From: an uncultured Candidatus Sumerlaeota bacterium
Lineage (GTDB): Bacteria; Sumerlaeota; Sumerlaeia; MVZB01; JAJFLK01
Assembly (NCBI GenBank): GCA_964598765.1
Contig: CAZRCZ010000001.1
Coordinates: 342,327 to 406,326, forward strand
Length of the DNA stretch: 64,000 nucleotides
Reading direction: 5' to 3'
Positions within the stretch are counted from its first letter, which is position 1. Each line of letters begins with the position of its first letter. Below the pieces are notes generated by a model. The model was not told where the DNA came from. It did no database searches and was given only the letters and a program-made list of their open reading frames with translations. Positions 48,318 through 57,584 of this stretch are shown in pieces. A program made the translations under genes and the position numbers.

Positions 48318-49142
48318 TCACCTTAACCGCACAATCGCCGAATGTTTGATCGTCTGAATCGCCCGTTCTTCCTCGCCGAAGATCGCCAAATCGCAAACGA
48401 CGAATTCATTTCCGCGCTTCTCGAACGCATCCGCAATTTTGCCGCGCAGGGAAAGCGGCTCCCCATCGCGCGGTTCGGCGAAATGGCGGACTTCGCTTGC
48501 CGTGTGAATCCACGGACCGAGATCAACATTGTCGCGAAGAATGAAATTCGCCTGCGCCAGAAGAAAGGCGGGATGGCATGCGGCGTCGGGACCGCGATAA
48601 ATCGGAAGCGGATCGTGCACGTCGCGGACGAAGGTTCGTTCGACTTCCGATGAATCCCATCTGAAATGGAATGAACCGAGAATGCTTCCCGGGCGCAATA
48701 CTGAGATCGAAGGGTGCAGACGCTGATCCAACGGCGGAGCGGGACGGTCCGGATAATCATCCGGTTTCGGAGGATCGGTGGATCGCAGGAACGCGGCTTC
48801 TCCGACCGCGCGAAGAATTTCCATTGAATCCAAAACTTGAATCTCGATTCTCATTGGATCAATTTCGGCGACTCTCGCGCGAACCGTCACCGCCTCGCCT
48901 TCGTAAACCGGTTTCAGAGATTTCGCCTTCATCGTCCCCCGCGCGAGCCAATCGTGCCCCAGCGCCTCGACGACCGGTTTGGTCATATACGCATAGACCG
49001 CAATCCCCGGAACCAACCCGCCGGAAAAACCATGCAGGCGCGCGACCTCGTCGCCGTGGATTTTATTTTCCGAATCGGGCGCGTAGTTCCGCGAAATCAA
49101 TCGATACGGGGAAAGTTCCTCTCCAAGCGCGAGGGAATTCAT
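48318..49142 (-). CDS. MaoC-like / hotdog-fold dehydratase domain protein
   Basis: 274-aa ORF with hotdog-like regions; family call tentative. Confidence 0.45.
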   Translation of the reverse strand: MNSLALGEELSPYRLISRNYAPDSENKIHGDEVARLHGFSGGLVPGIAVYAYMTKPVVEALGHDWLARGTMKAKSLKPVYEGEAVTVRARVAEIDPMRIEIQVLDSMEILRAVGEAAFLRSTDPPKPDDYPDRPAPPLDQRLHPSISVLRPGSILGSFHFRWDSSEVERTFVRDVHDPLPIYRGPDAACHPAFLLAQANFILRDNVDLGPWIHTASEVRHFAEPRDGEPLSLRGKIADAFEKRGNEFVVCDLAIFGEEERAIQTIKHSAIVRLR

Positions 49143-49155
49143 AAAAAATCCGCGT

Positions 49156-52100
49156 TCACTTCAGCGTCGAGATGAACTCCACCAAATCGCGCAATTCGGA
49201 TTTGGCGAGATTTTCAGAAATGTCTTCGGGCATCGAGGAGAGATTGTGCTGGCGGGAGACGATTTGATCCTTGGGGAGCGTCATCTTCGTCACTCGCGGG
49301 CCTTTAGTGGCTTCCGACTCCCACTTTTCGTTCTTATCCTTCTCCTTCTCATCCTCCTTTTCGTCCTTTTTTGCTTCCGTCCCCTTCGGCGCATCCTCCT
49401 CCTCGACAAATTCCTCCCCTTCTTCTTGGACTGGAATCTCCAGTAGAATCTGGTTTCCTTCTTCTTCCAGAACCCGTCCGGCGTATTCCTTGCCGTCTTT
49501 CATCGTCAGCGTGACGTTCTCAAATCCCTCGGCGATTTGCGCGTTGGGATGAAGAATGGATTCGAGGATGTATTCGCGCCCCTTGCGTGTGCCGACGCTC
49601 GGTAGCTCCGGCCCGACTTCGCCTCCCACTTTGCTTTTAACCGTATGGCATTTCTGGCAGGTGACTTCAGTTTTCTCGAAGAAAATTTTCTCTCCCCGCT
49701 CGGCGTTGCCGCCGAAGAGCGACTCGCGGAATCCGCCGAGCGGATCATCCGTGGAAATCGCGGATTGATACCGCGCCAACTTCATTTTGATCTCATCGTT
49801 CGGATGCTTCTGGGCCGCTTCGAGCAGATCGAGTTGAATTTCGGCGGGGACTTTTTTCGCCGCCAGCGAATCGAGCCACGTCGAGAGCAGTTGATCGAAT
49901 TGCGCTCCCTCCAAATCGGCGAGCGTCGCCAGCGCCCCTTGCTTTTCGAGGATGCTTCCCCCGTTGAGCGCCGTCGCCAAGACGCTCGCCGCTCCGGCGG
50001 GATCGAGTTTGGCGAGTTGAGCGTTCCCCTCGTTGCGTAGCGCGTCGGCGGCGTCGGCGCGGGCGAGGTTCACCGCCTTGGCGAGGTTGGGGTCCTCGAA
50101 TTCGCCGAGCGCCCTCAGCGCCTCAACTCGCGCCTCGGTTGGCTTTTTCGCGTCGGAGAGCAACGCAAAGAGGGGCGCGCCCGCCTCAGCGACTTGATAC
50201 TGTCCGGCGAGTTGCGCGCAGGCCTGCAAAATTTTGTTCGGCGCGGAGCGGAGAAGTTCGGGCAGGATCGGCCTCAAGGCGCGAGCCGCGGTTTCGGGAT
50301 CGCGCTTGGGCAGAGGACGCCAGACGCCGATCACGCGGTCGCGCCCCGACGGAGACGCCCAATCTTTTAACTCGCCGAGCGCTTCGAGCCTCACGACCTC
50401 GGGCGGCTCCGAGCGCGACGCGAATTCGGCGATGGCTTTGGCGTTCTCCGCGCCGCCCAATCGGAAATTCGCGTTGAGAATCCTCAACATCACCGGCTTG
50501 CCGACCACGTCGGCGTCGGCCATTTTCAGAATGTTTTCGCTCTGGCCGATCATCCCCGCCAGTTCGGGTAGGGCGTCGGCAATCGGAACGTCGTTGATCG
50601 CATGAGCCGCCTCGCTGACGAGCGCCGGATCGCGGTCCTTGAGGAATCGCGCAATTTCCGGTTTTTGCATTCGACGCAAGGCGAGCAAAATTCCCATCCG
50701 CACCGCCGACGATTCGTCATCGGCGTGTTTCAGCAACGCCTCCGCGTCGCCAATCCCGACCAATCCCATCACTCCGGCATGGCGCAGATACGGATCGGCG
50801 TCGTTATTTTCGCGAAGCATTTCCGCCAGCGCGGAGATGTATCTGGTTTTAATTTCTTCCGATGGAGGCATCGCCGGAACGCCGGGATTGACGATCTTGC
50901 CAAGACTCATCGCCGTAAAAAAACGGACGCGAAGACTTGCATCTTTGAGTAGATCCAATAATTCCGTCAAATGTGACTCATTTGAATTTAATATTACCGA
51001 ATGTATGTCGCTCAAGACCTTGATTGCTTGGGCACGAATTTCGGCGTTTTCGTCTTTCAAGCACTCAACCAAGACGGCCTCTCCGCGATTGCGCGGATCA
51101 GACAAAAATTCTCCAAGTCCTTTGCCCAACAGTTCGCCTGCCGCTTTTTCCCCTTCTGGTCCTAACTTAAGATCGTTTCCGGAAATTAAAGTAGAGACGA
51201 CAAGAGAAAAAATGAATTGGAACTCTTTCTCTTTATCTTGGGGAGATTGGGCTACGGCTTCGGATTTCGGCTCGACCTTAGGTCCGAGTTTGCTCAGAAC
51301 TTCTCCGATTCCCCAAATTGCGTGGAGCCGTGCCCATGGGCTTCGAGAGCATTTCTCAGCCAATTGTAAAAGCGCCCGTGCTTGAGCATCCGGGTATTCT
51401 CCCGATGTCCAAGAATTTTTGAACTCCTCGGAGTAGGTTTGCGGACTTATGAATGCAATCGTGCCCAGCGTTCCAAATAGCATAAAATCCGAATCACGCC
51501 CAGTCTGGAGCCTTCTCAAATCCCTCCGTGCCAACTCATACTGCGCCTCGAACCGCACTCTTTGATCCTGGTGCGCGAGCAGTTCCCCCAACTCATAATC
51601 GCTGTAGCGATCCAGATTCCCCGCGAGGATTTCCTTTGCCTCCTTGACGAGCGGATCGTTTTTCACCGCGGGATCGAAGGCGTGATAGAGGCGTCCCTTG
51701 TGCGGCTGATCCCAACCTTCGGTCCAATCGGTCCAATAAATGCCCCCCTCAGCGCCGAAATCCACGTCGGTCACGAGGGACCCCTTGAGGAAATCCTCGC
51801 GGTCGGTCATCTCGAACGAGGCCCCCTTGGGTTGGACCTTGAAGGTGTGAATCAGGCTTATCCCCGCTCCGCCGCGAAAATCGCACAGAAAAAAATGATC
51901 CTTGTATCGTTCCGGCATTCCCGTGCCGGGATAAAACGCGAACCCCGCCGGTCCGGCGGCGACGTGCGCGACGGGAGGCACGATATACGCGGCCTGTCCC
52001 TTCCACGGGAGGTGCCAGATTTTTTCGCCGTTCCACGGACCGCGCTGGACCGGCTTTTCGATCCACTGGTAGCCGATCCGCCAGCCGCTGTCGCCCCCCT

Positions 52101-53061
52101 CGACGCAATAGACGAGCCGCGCCTTGTCGCCGGCGTCGGAGTTGTTGTCGCCGGTGAAGAGATTGCCGTAGTCGTCAAAGACGAGTTCCTGCGGGTTGCG
52201 GAGTCCGGTGCAGAACGGCTCCAATTGCGAGCCGTCGGGATTGCAACGGAAGACCGCGCCGGTGTCGGGAAGGTCAATGACGCGCCCTTCGGTTTCGATA
52301 TGCGCGCCGCGGTCGCCGATGCTGAAATAAAGTTTGCCGTCGGGGCCTTTGCGCAGACCGTGGAGATCGTGGCCGAGAAAATTAAAGTGGACGCCGTAGC
52401 CCGTGCTGAGCGATTTGCGTTCGTCGGCCTTGCCATCGCCGTCGGTGTCGCGCAGTTTCCAGAGATCCGGGATGCAGGTGTAGTAAATGTCCCCTTGATC
52501 GGCGAGTAATCCCGCGCCGACGCCGTCCTCCGCGTGGTTGAATCCGTCGGCATAAACGACGGCGCGGTCGGCTTTGCCGTCGCCGTCGGTGTCTTCGAGC
52601 AGACGGATGCGCTCGTGCTGTTTGTCGTAGTCCGCGAACGACTCGCCGAGGTTTTTCTTCATCGCGGCGAGCCGATCCGCGACGGTCCGGCTCGCCAGAT
52701 CGTCGTCGAGCCAGAGGCGGTGCGTCCGCATGTCAAGCACGCCGTCATAGAGGCGGAACGTCTCGCCGACGTAAAACCGCCCCTTGTTGTCCAAGCAGAA
52801 ACAGACCGGATTGGCGAGCATCGGCTCGGCGGCGAAAAGCTCGATCTTGAATCCGTCGGCGATTTTGAATTTCTTGATCGCCTTTTCCCCTTCGTCGGAG
52901 GCGGGGTTGATTTGGGGATGATAGGCGGGGTCTTCGGCAAAGGCGAAGGTAAAAAGGGAAAATAAAATCACCACAGAGGCGCAGAGGCACAGAGTAGGGG
53001 CGACCCGTTGAGTCGCCCGCTTTCTTCTCTGTGTCTCTGTGACTCTGTGGTTTTTCTTCAT
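49156..53061 (-). CDS. Large exported protein with beta-propeller 'membrane-bound dehydrogenase'-like domain, HEAT repeats and C-terminal cytochrome-c (CxxCH) domain
   Basis: 1301 aa; N-terminal signal-like segment, HEAT-repeat middle, CQKCH heme-binding motif near C-terminus, acidic Lys/Glu-rich tail. Confidence 0.75.
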   Translation of the reverse strand: MKKNHRVTETQRRKRATQRVAPTLCLCASVVILFSLFTFAFAEDPAYHPQINPASDEGEKAIKKFKIADGFKIELFAAEPMLANPVCFCLDNKGRFYVGETFRLYDGVLDMRTHRLWLDDDLASRTVADRLAAMKKNLGESFADYDKQHERIRLLEDTDGDGKADRAVVYADGFNHAEDGVGAGLLADQGDIYYTCIPDLWKLRDTDGDGKADERKSLSTGYGVHFNFLGHDLHGLRKGPDGKLYFSIGDRGAHIETEGRVIDLPDTGAVFRCNPDGSQLEPFCTGLRNPQELVFDDYGNLFTGDNNSDAGDKARLVYCVEGGDSGWRIGYQWIEKPVQRGPWNGEKIWHLPWKGQAAYIVPPVAHVAAGPAGFAFYPGTGMPERYKDHFFLCDFRGGAGISLIHTFKVQPKGASFEMTDREDFLKGSLVTDVDFGAEGGIYWTDWTEGWDQPHKGRLYHAFDPAVKNDPLVKEAKEILAGNLDRYSDYELGELLAHQDQRVRFEAQYELARRDLRRLQTGRDSDFMLFGTLGTIAFISPQTYSEEFKNSWTSGEYPDAQARALLQLAEKCSRSPWARLHAIWGIGEVLSKLGPKVEPKSEAVAQSPQDKEKEFQFIFSLVVSTLISGNDLKLGPEGEKAAGELLGKGLGEFLSDPRNRGEAVLVECLKDENAEIRAQAIKVLSDIHSVILNSNESHLTELLDLLKDASLRVRFFTAMSLGKIVNPGVPAMPPSEEIKTRYISALAEMLRENNDADPYLRHAGVMGLVGIGDAEALLKHADDESSAVRMGILLALRRMQKPEIARFLKDRDPALVSEAAHAINDVPIADALPELAGMIGQSENILKMADADVVGKPVMLRILNANFRLGGAENAKAIAEFASRSEPPEVVRLEALGELKDWASPSGRDRVIGVWRPLPKRDPETAARALRPILPELLRSAPNKILQACAQLAGQYQVAEAGAPLFALLSDAKKPTEARVEALRALGEFEDPNLAKAVNLARADAADALRNEGNAQLAKLDPAGAASVLATALNGGSILEKQGALATLADLEGAQFDQLLSTWLDSLAAKKVPAEIQLDLLEAAQKHPNDEIKMKLARYQSAISTDDPLGGFRESLFGGNAERGEKIFFEKTEVTCQKCHTVKSKVGGEVGPELPSVGTRKGREYILESILHPNAQIAEGFENVTLTMKDGKEYAGRVLEEEGNQILLEIPVQEEGEEFVEEEDAPKGTEAKKDEKEDEKEKDKNEKWESEATKGPRVTKMTLPKDQIVSRQHNLSSMPEDISENLAKSELRDLVEFISTLK
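52968..53052. repeat. Imperfect palindrome of tandem CACAGAG units (overlaps 5' end of the large dehydrogenase ORF)
   Basis: Arms atcaccacagaggcgcagaggcacagag and ttctctgtgtctctgtgactctgtggtt with an inner gggcgac-ccgttga-gtcgccc hairpin. Confidence 0.85.
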
Positions 53062-53064
53062 TGT

Positions 53065-54015
53065 TCAATCCTTCAAATACTTCGACAAATCGGGCGAGAT
53101 CAATTCCTTGATCTCCGGCGTCTCCAGATTTTCCTTCGTCACCAATTCCAATCGCGTGCGGATCGTCTTCTCGACTTTTTGTCCGCGCAACTGCGCGACC
53201 ATCGCCCGGACCCCTTGCTCGCCGATGTTGACGGGGTCCTGAACGACCAGACCCTGAATCTCATCCTTGCGCAGGGCTTCGATCAGGCGGTCGGTTGCGT
53301 CGAAGCCGACGAACCTGATTTTGCCCGCGCGACCGGCTCCGCGCAAAGCCAAAAGCATTCCATAGGTCACCGGCGCGTTGGGGCAAAAGACGCCGTCAAT
53401 TTGCGGAAAGCGATTGAGCAAATCCTCTCCCTTCTGTTGCGCCCCTTCGACCGTCGCTCCGGCAAATTGATTGGAGGAGATGATTTCGATTTTCGGGAAT
53501 TGTTTTTTGATCCCCGCGAGAAATCCTTCCTCCCGATTCGTGTTGCTCGCCGAGCCTTCGACGTAACGGAGAAGGACGACCTTCCCCTGACCGTTCAACA
53601 ATTTGCCGAGCCGCTCGGCCGCCAATTCGCCGCCGCGAGAATTGTCGGTCGCGACAAAACTGACATGCTCGTCCCCCTGCAAATCGGAATCAATCACGAC
53701 GGTCGGGATTCCGGCCTTTTTCGCGTCGCGCACGGGATGGACCAGCGCCTTATCGTCGAGCGGAGCCAAGACAATGCCGTTCACTTTTCGGCTGATAAAA
53801 TCCTCGACGACCTGAATCTGTTGCTCGCGGTCGTCTTCGCGCTGGGGTCCCTTCCAAATGATCTTCACGTTCAGATCGCGCGCGGCCTTTTCCGCTCCGG
53901 CATGGACTGATTTCCAAAATTCGTGCGTCGTGCCTTTGGGAATGACGGCGATGGTTTGAGCGAGCGCGAAGCGGCCCATGAGCGACAGGCTTAACAGGCA
54001 TATGTTGATCTTCAT
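53065..54015 (-). CDS. Periplasmic sugar-binding protein (ABC transporter substrate-binding, RbsB/LacI-type fold)
   Basis: Signal peptide MKINICLLSLSLMGRFALA; type I periplasmic binding fold motifs (KVNGIVLAPLD, IPTVVIDSD). Start at ATG 54015. Confidence 0.75.
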   Translation of the reverse strand: MKINICLLSLSLMGRFALAQTIAVIPKGTTHEFWKSVHAGAEKAARDLNVKIIWKGPQREDDREQQIQVVEDFISRKVNGIVLAPLDDKALVHPVRDAKKAGIPTVVIDSDLQGDEHVSFVATDNSRGGELAAERLGKLLNGQGKVVLLRYVEGSASNTNREEGFLAGIKKQFPKIEIISSNQFAGATVEGAQQKGEDLLNRFPQIDGVFCPNAPVTYGMLLALRGAGRAGKIRFVGFDATDRLIEALRKDEIQGLVVQDPVNIGEQGVRAMVAQLRGQKVEKTIRTRLELVTKENLETPEIKELISPDLSKYLKD

Positions 54016-54031
54016 GTTTATTCCCTTCTTA

Positions 54032-54113
54032 TTCACCACAGAGACGCAGAGGTACAGAGAAATACTTGGACGCTTTTCACTTCTTCTCTGTGTCTCCTTG
54101 CCTCTGTGGTGAA
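54032..54113. repeat. Imperfect palindrome of tandem CACAGAG units
   Basis: Arms ttcaccacagagacgcagaggtacagagaa and ttctctgtgtctccttgcctctgtggtgaa; immediately upstream of the sugar-binding-protein start. Confidence 0.85.
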
Positions 54114-54766
54114 TCATCTTTTACTTTTCGATACCTCCCCACAAACACCACCGGTTCCGCGGTCGCCTTATCACCGTAAATACCGCTCCCCTCAACGCAA
54201 TGCGCATCCCCCTCCACCCACTCGCGGAACGACTCAAGAACGCTCGGCGCGGAGCGGGACCAGAACAAATAATTCCCTTCGATCTTCCCAGTGCGAAAAA
54301 TCACCTCGCCGCCGTTTTTGCGGATGATCTTGCACCGGATCGTTTTCAGTTCGAAGTCCGCGCTGTAGAGCGCGCTCTCGCGTACCGTCTTGCCGGTCTT
54401 GGGATCGGTGATCTCGAAATGCCCCTCCTGCTGAAATTCCTTGTCGGCGAGGACGTGGCGATAATCCTGTCGGACTTTGACCTTGGAGACCGGCTCGCCG
54501 GTGAATTTGTAGGTGGCGAGCTCTCCCTCCCAAACTCCATCCCATGCCTTGAAGGGAGAAGCGACCGATTGCGCCGTCGCGGGAACCGAGAGGGCTTTGA
54601 TGAGCGCCAAGACGCCAAACCCCGAGATCCACAGAAGGAGAACTATGACCAACAGACGCGAAACCCAGAGGGGATAAGCGCGTTCCGATTTGTCTTCAGA
54701 AGATTCCAAGGATTTTTTTCCGTTTCTTGTCAGAGGCGGGCTTCTTTGCGTTGCCGTTTTCCGCAT
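54077..54766 (-). CDS. Hypothetical membrane-anchored protein
   Basis: 229-aa ORF with one N-terminal TM helix; overlaps upstream peptidase gene end and the 54032-54113 repeat; start uncertain. Confidence 0.4.
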   Translation of the reverse strand: MRKTATQRSPPLTRNGKKSLESSEDKSERAYPLWVSRLLVIVLLLWISGFGVLALIKALSVPATAQSVASPFKAWDGVWEGELATYKFTGEPVSKVKVRQDYRHVLADKEFQQEGHFEITDPKTGKTVRESALYSADFELKTIRCKIIRKNGGEVIFRTGKIEGNYLFWSRSAPSVLESFREWVEGDAHCVEGSGIYGDKATAEPVVFVGRYRKVKDDSPQRQGDTEKK

Positions 54767-57371
54767 CGAGTTTCTTCTTCACATCCTCCAAATCCTTCTT
54801 CATCTTTTCATTCTCTTTTTTGAGGTCCATCACTTCGGATCGGAGGTCGCCCAATTCGACGGGAACCTTCTTTACATCGCGCAGGGACTTCATCGCTTCA
54901 ATCGCCGCGCGCCCGGCCGGGTCTTTCTCTCCCGCCGAAGCGAAGGTCTCCACGACGGAAATTGCTTTTGGGTCCTTCAGGGTTCCCAGCGCGGAAATCG
55001 CCGCGATTTGCACGGCGCGCTTTTTGTGGTCCACCCGCGCTGATAAAAATTCGCGCACCGCGTCCTTTTTTTCCTCGTTACGCGCGATGTAGGCGAGAGT
55101 GTCCAGCCCGCGTCCGAATCCCCAAGAGGTGAATTCTTTTTCGCGCTCGGCGAGAACTGTCCTCAGCGGATCAATAAGCGATGGATCATCGAGTGTACGA
55201 ATCGCTCGGATCGAAGCGTCGGCGAGCGCGTTTTTATAGGAACTTGATTTGAGGAATTGAAGAATCAATTGTCGCGCGCCTTCATCCTGATACCGCCCCA
55301 AATTTTCAATCGCCGCCGCAAGAATGTCGGGATTCTTTTCCGAATCAAGCGTCTTTTTCGCCGCCGCAAGGCTTGCGTCCGAATAAAACTGCCCCAAATC
55401 CAAAGCCACTTGTCGTCGAACCCTCGCGTCGGATTGAGCCGTCGAAGTTGCCAGCGCCTCGAATGCCTCCTGCGTGTGGATTTCCCGCAGGGCTTTCGAC
55501 GCCTCAACTCGAACACCGTAAAACGGATCGTTATTCAAAACGGCTTTCAATCGCCCGACGGTCTCCTGATCCTTCTTGGCCTTGAGCAATTCAATTGCCA
55601 CAATCCGTCCCATCACATCGGATTTATCCTCCAGCTGGGCGTTCAACATCTGCGCCGGAGGATTAAACGCAATTTTGCCGAGGATGCCGTATTCGGGATC
55701 AAACCGAACCGTCGCCGGCGCTTCGCTCATCGGAAAATAAAAATCCTGCTCTTTCTCCTTGATCTCGATTTCCCGATCCACCGCGCCCGATTTGGTTTTG
55801 AACCGCACCTTGGTCGGGAGATCAAATAGAAAAACCTTGTCGGAGACCGACTGCGTTTGCTTGACGCTAACTTTCGCCAATTTCTCCGTTTCGCTCCAAC
55901 TGTAACTCACTTCCAATTCCGGGTATCGCGCATGATATACCCACTGATCGAAGAACGAATCGTACGAACGTCCCGACAATTCCTCGACGACGGCGCGAAG
56001 GTCTTCGGTCACGACGTTCCCCAAGGCGTGGCGTTCGAGATACGTCTTGATGCACCGGCGATATAACTGTTCGCCCAACTGAACCCGAAGCATTCTCAAA
56101 ATCCATCCCCCCTTGGGATAGGCGCGAAAGTCGAACTGCTCCATCGAATCCTTGTATTCCCGATAGACAATCGGCTTCGGCGAGTCTTCCCCTGCTCCCA
56201 ACACCTGCTTCGCGTCGTTCCAAAATCCATAGAGCATCGCGTCGTTTCCGTCCTGATGCCCTTCGTAAAGATGCGCGTAAAACGTGGCGAAACCCTCGTT
56301 GAGCCAGATGTGGCTCCAGTCCTTGCAAGTGACGTAATCGCCGAACCACTGATGGGCGAGTTCGTGTGCGACGAGGTTCGTGCTGGAACGGATGTTCTCG
56401 GTCGCGTCGGTGAAAAGGGTCCGGTCGGTCAGGACCGTCAGCGTTGTGTTTTCCATCCCGCCGTGATTGAAGTCGTCCACGACAACCTGATAATACTTCG
56501 TCCAAGGATACGAAACGCCGATTTCGCTCTCATAAAACGCGAGCATGTCGGCGGTGTCGCGGAAAGAATTTTGGGCTTGCGCGATTTGCGACCTCGGCGT
56601 GTAGAACGCAATCGGAACATCTTTGTATTTTCCCTCAACCTTCTCAAAATTACCTGCCGCGAGCGCGATCAGATAATTGGCGTGGGGCTTGTCCTGTGAC
56701 CATCGGACAACCTTGAGTCCCGTCTCGGGCTCGGAAGTTTCGGAAATCATTTTTCCATTGGAGAGGACCGTCATCGTCGGCGGGACGTGGCCGATCACCT
56801 CGGAGGTGAATTTTTGGTTCGGATAATCCGGACAAGGAAACCAATGCCGCGCCTCCTGTGTTTCTCCTTGCGTCCAGCAGTGAACGTCCTCTTCCTTGTA
56901 GCCCATCTCGGGCGTGCGGAAATAAAGACCCTCCTTCGGCTCGGCGCGATGGGCGAACGTGACCGTCGTCTCCGCGCCCGGCGTGATCGGCTCGGCGAAC
57001 GTCACGATCACTTCCTCGTTCGTCACCTGCCAGCCGCCGATTTTTGCGGTGGATTCAACCGAAGAAATCGTCAGATCAACGGCGTTCAACCGCAACTCGC
57101 GCAACGATTTGGCGATCGGCGCGAAGCGGATCGTCGTTTTGCCAGAGACGCTCCGCGTCTTGAAATCCGGCGTCACATCGAGAATGAAATGACGAATTTC
57201 AATCTGGCGATCCGGCGCGTATTGGCGCGATCCCACCGAAGTCGTCGCAAAACCGGATTTATCGCATCGGATTTCCGTTTCAGTTCCCTCCGAGACTGCA
57301 ACGGATAAAATTCCCGAAGTGAATATCCCCATGGCAATTTGCAGAATTTTCCAACGATTCATGGACACCAT
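54696..57371 (-). CDS. pepN: M1-family zinc aminopeptidase (aminopeptidase N-like) with C-terminal HEAT repeats
   Basis: HELAHQWFGD (HEXXH) and WLNEGFATF (downstream Glu ligand); signal peptide from ATG 57371. Confidence 0.85.
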   Translation of the reverse strand: MVSMNRWKILQIAMGIFTSGILSVAVSEGTETEIRCDKSGFATTSVGSRQYAPDRQIEIRHFILDVTPDFKTRSVSGKTTIRFAPIAKSLRELRLNAVDLTISSVESTAKIGGWQVTNEEVIVTFAEPITPGAETTVTFAHRAEPKEGLYFRTPEMGYKEEDVHCWTQGETQEARHWFPCPDYPNQKFTSEVIGHVPPTMTVLSNGKMISETSEPETGLKVVRWSQDKPHANYLIALAAGNFEKVEGKYKDVPIAFYTPRSQIAQAQNSFRDTADMLAFYESEIGVSYPWTKYYQVVVDDFNHGGMENTTLTVLTDRTLFTDATENIRSSTNLVAHELAHQWFGDYVTCKDWSHIWLNEGFATFYAHLYEGHQDGNDAMLYGFWNDAKQVLGAGEDSPKPIVYREYKDSMEQFDFRAYPKGGWILRMLRVQLGEQLYRRCIKTYLERHALGNVVTEDLRAVVEELSGRSYDSFFDQWVYHARYPELEVSYSWSETEKLAKVSVKQTQSVSDKVFLFDLPTKVRFKTKSGAVDREIEIKEKEQDFYFPMSEAPATVRFDPEYGILGKIAFNPPAQMLNAQLEDKSDVMGRIVAIELLKAKKDQETVGRLKAVLNNDPFYGVRVEASKALREIHTQEAFEALATSTAQSDARVRRQVALDLGQFYSDASLAAAKKTLDSEKNPDILAAAIENLGRYQDEGARQLILQFLKSSSYKNALADASIRAIRTLDDPSLIDPLRTVLAEREKEFTSWGFGRGLDTLAYIARNEEKKDAVREFLSARVDHKKRAVQIAAISALGTLKDPKAISVVETFASAGEKDPAGRAAIEAMKSLRDVKKVPVELGDLRSEVMDLKKENEKMKKDLEDVKKKLDAENGNAKKPASDKKRKKILGIF

Positions 57372-57444
57372 CCCTCTCTCACGCTTTAATTGCTCTGGAA
57401 TCGTGCAGAAAATCTCTGAAATCCGCAAGGGAGTTGGCAGAGGG

Positions 57445-57571
57445 ATTAAACACAAAGACACAAAGAAGGCGCAAAGGTCACAAAGAATGAAGGGATTCCG
57501 CGAATGAAAATCAGAGGCGGATGTTATTCCTTCGTGTCCTTCGTGCCTTCTTTGTGTCTTTGTGTTTAATC
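57445..57571. repeat. Imperfect palindrome of tandem CACAAAG heptamers (CACAAAG subfamily, copy 2)
   Basis: Arms gattaaacacaaagacacaaagaaggcgcaaaggtcacaaagaatgaagg and ccttcgtgtccttcgtgccttctttgtgtctttgtgtttaatc. Confidence 0.85.
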
Positions 57572-57584
57572 TTCTCCCGCCGAA

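Noticed and set aside
51562-52509. 315-aa plus-strand ORF inside the giant dehydrogenase region
   Set aside because: Antisense shadow of the 1301-aa minus-strand gene.
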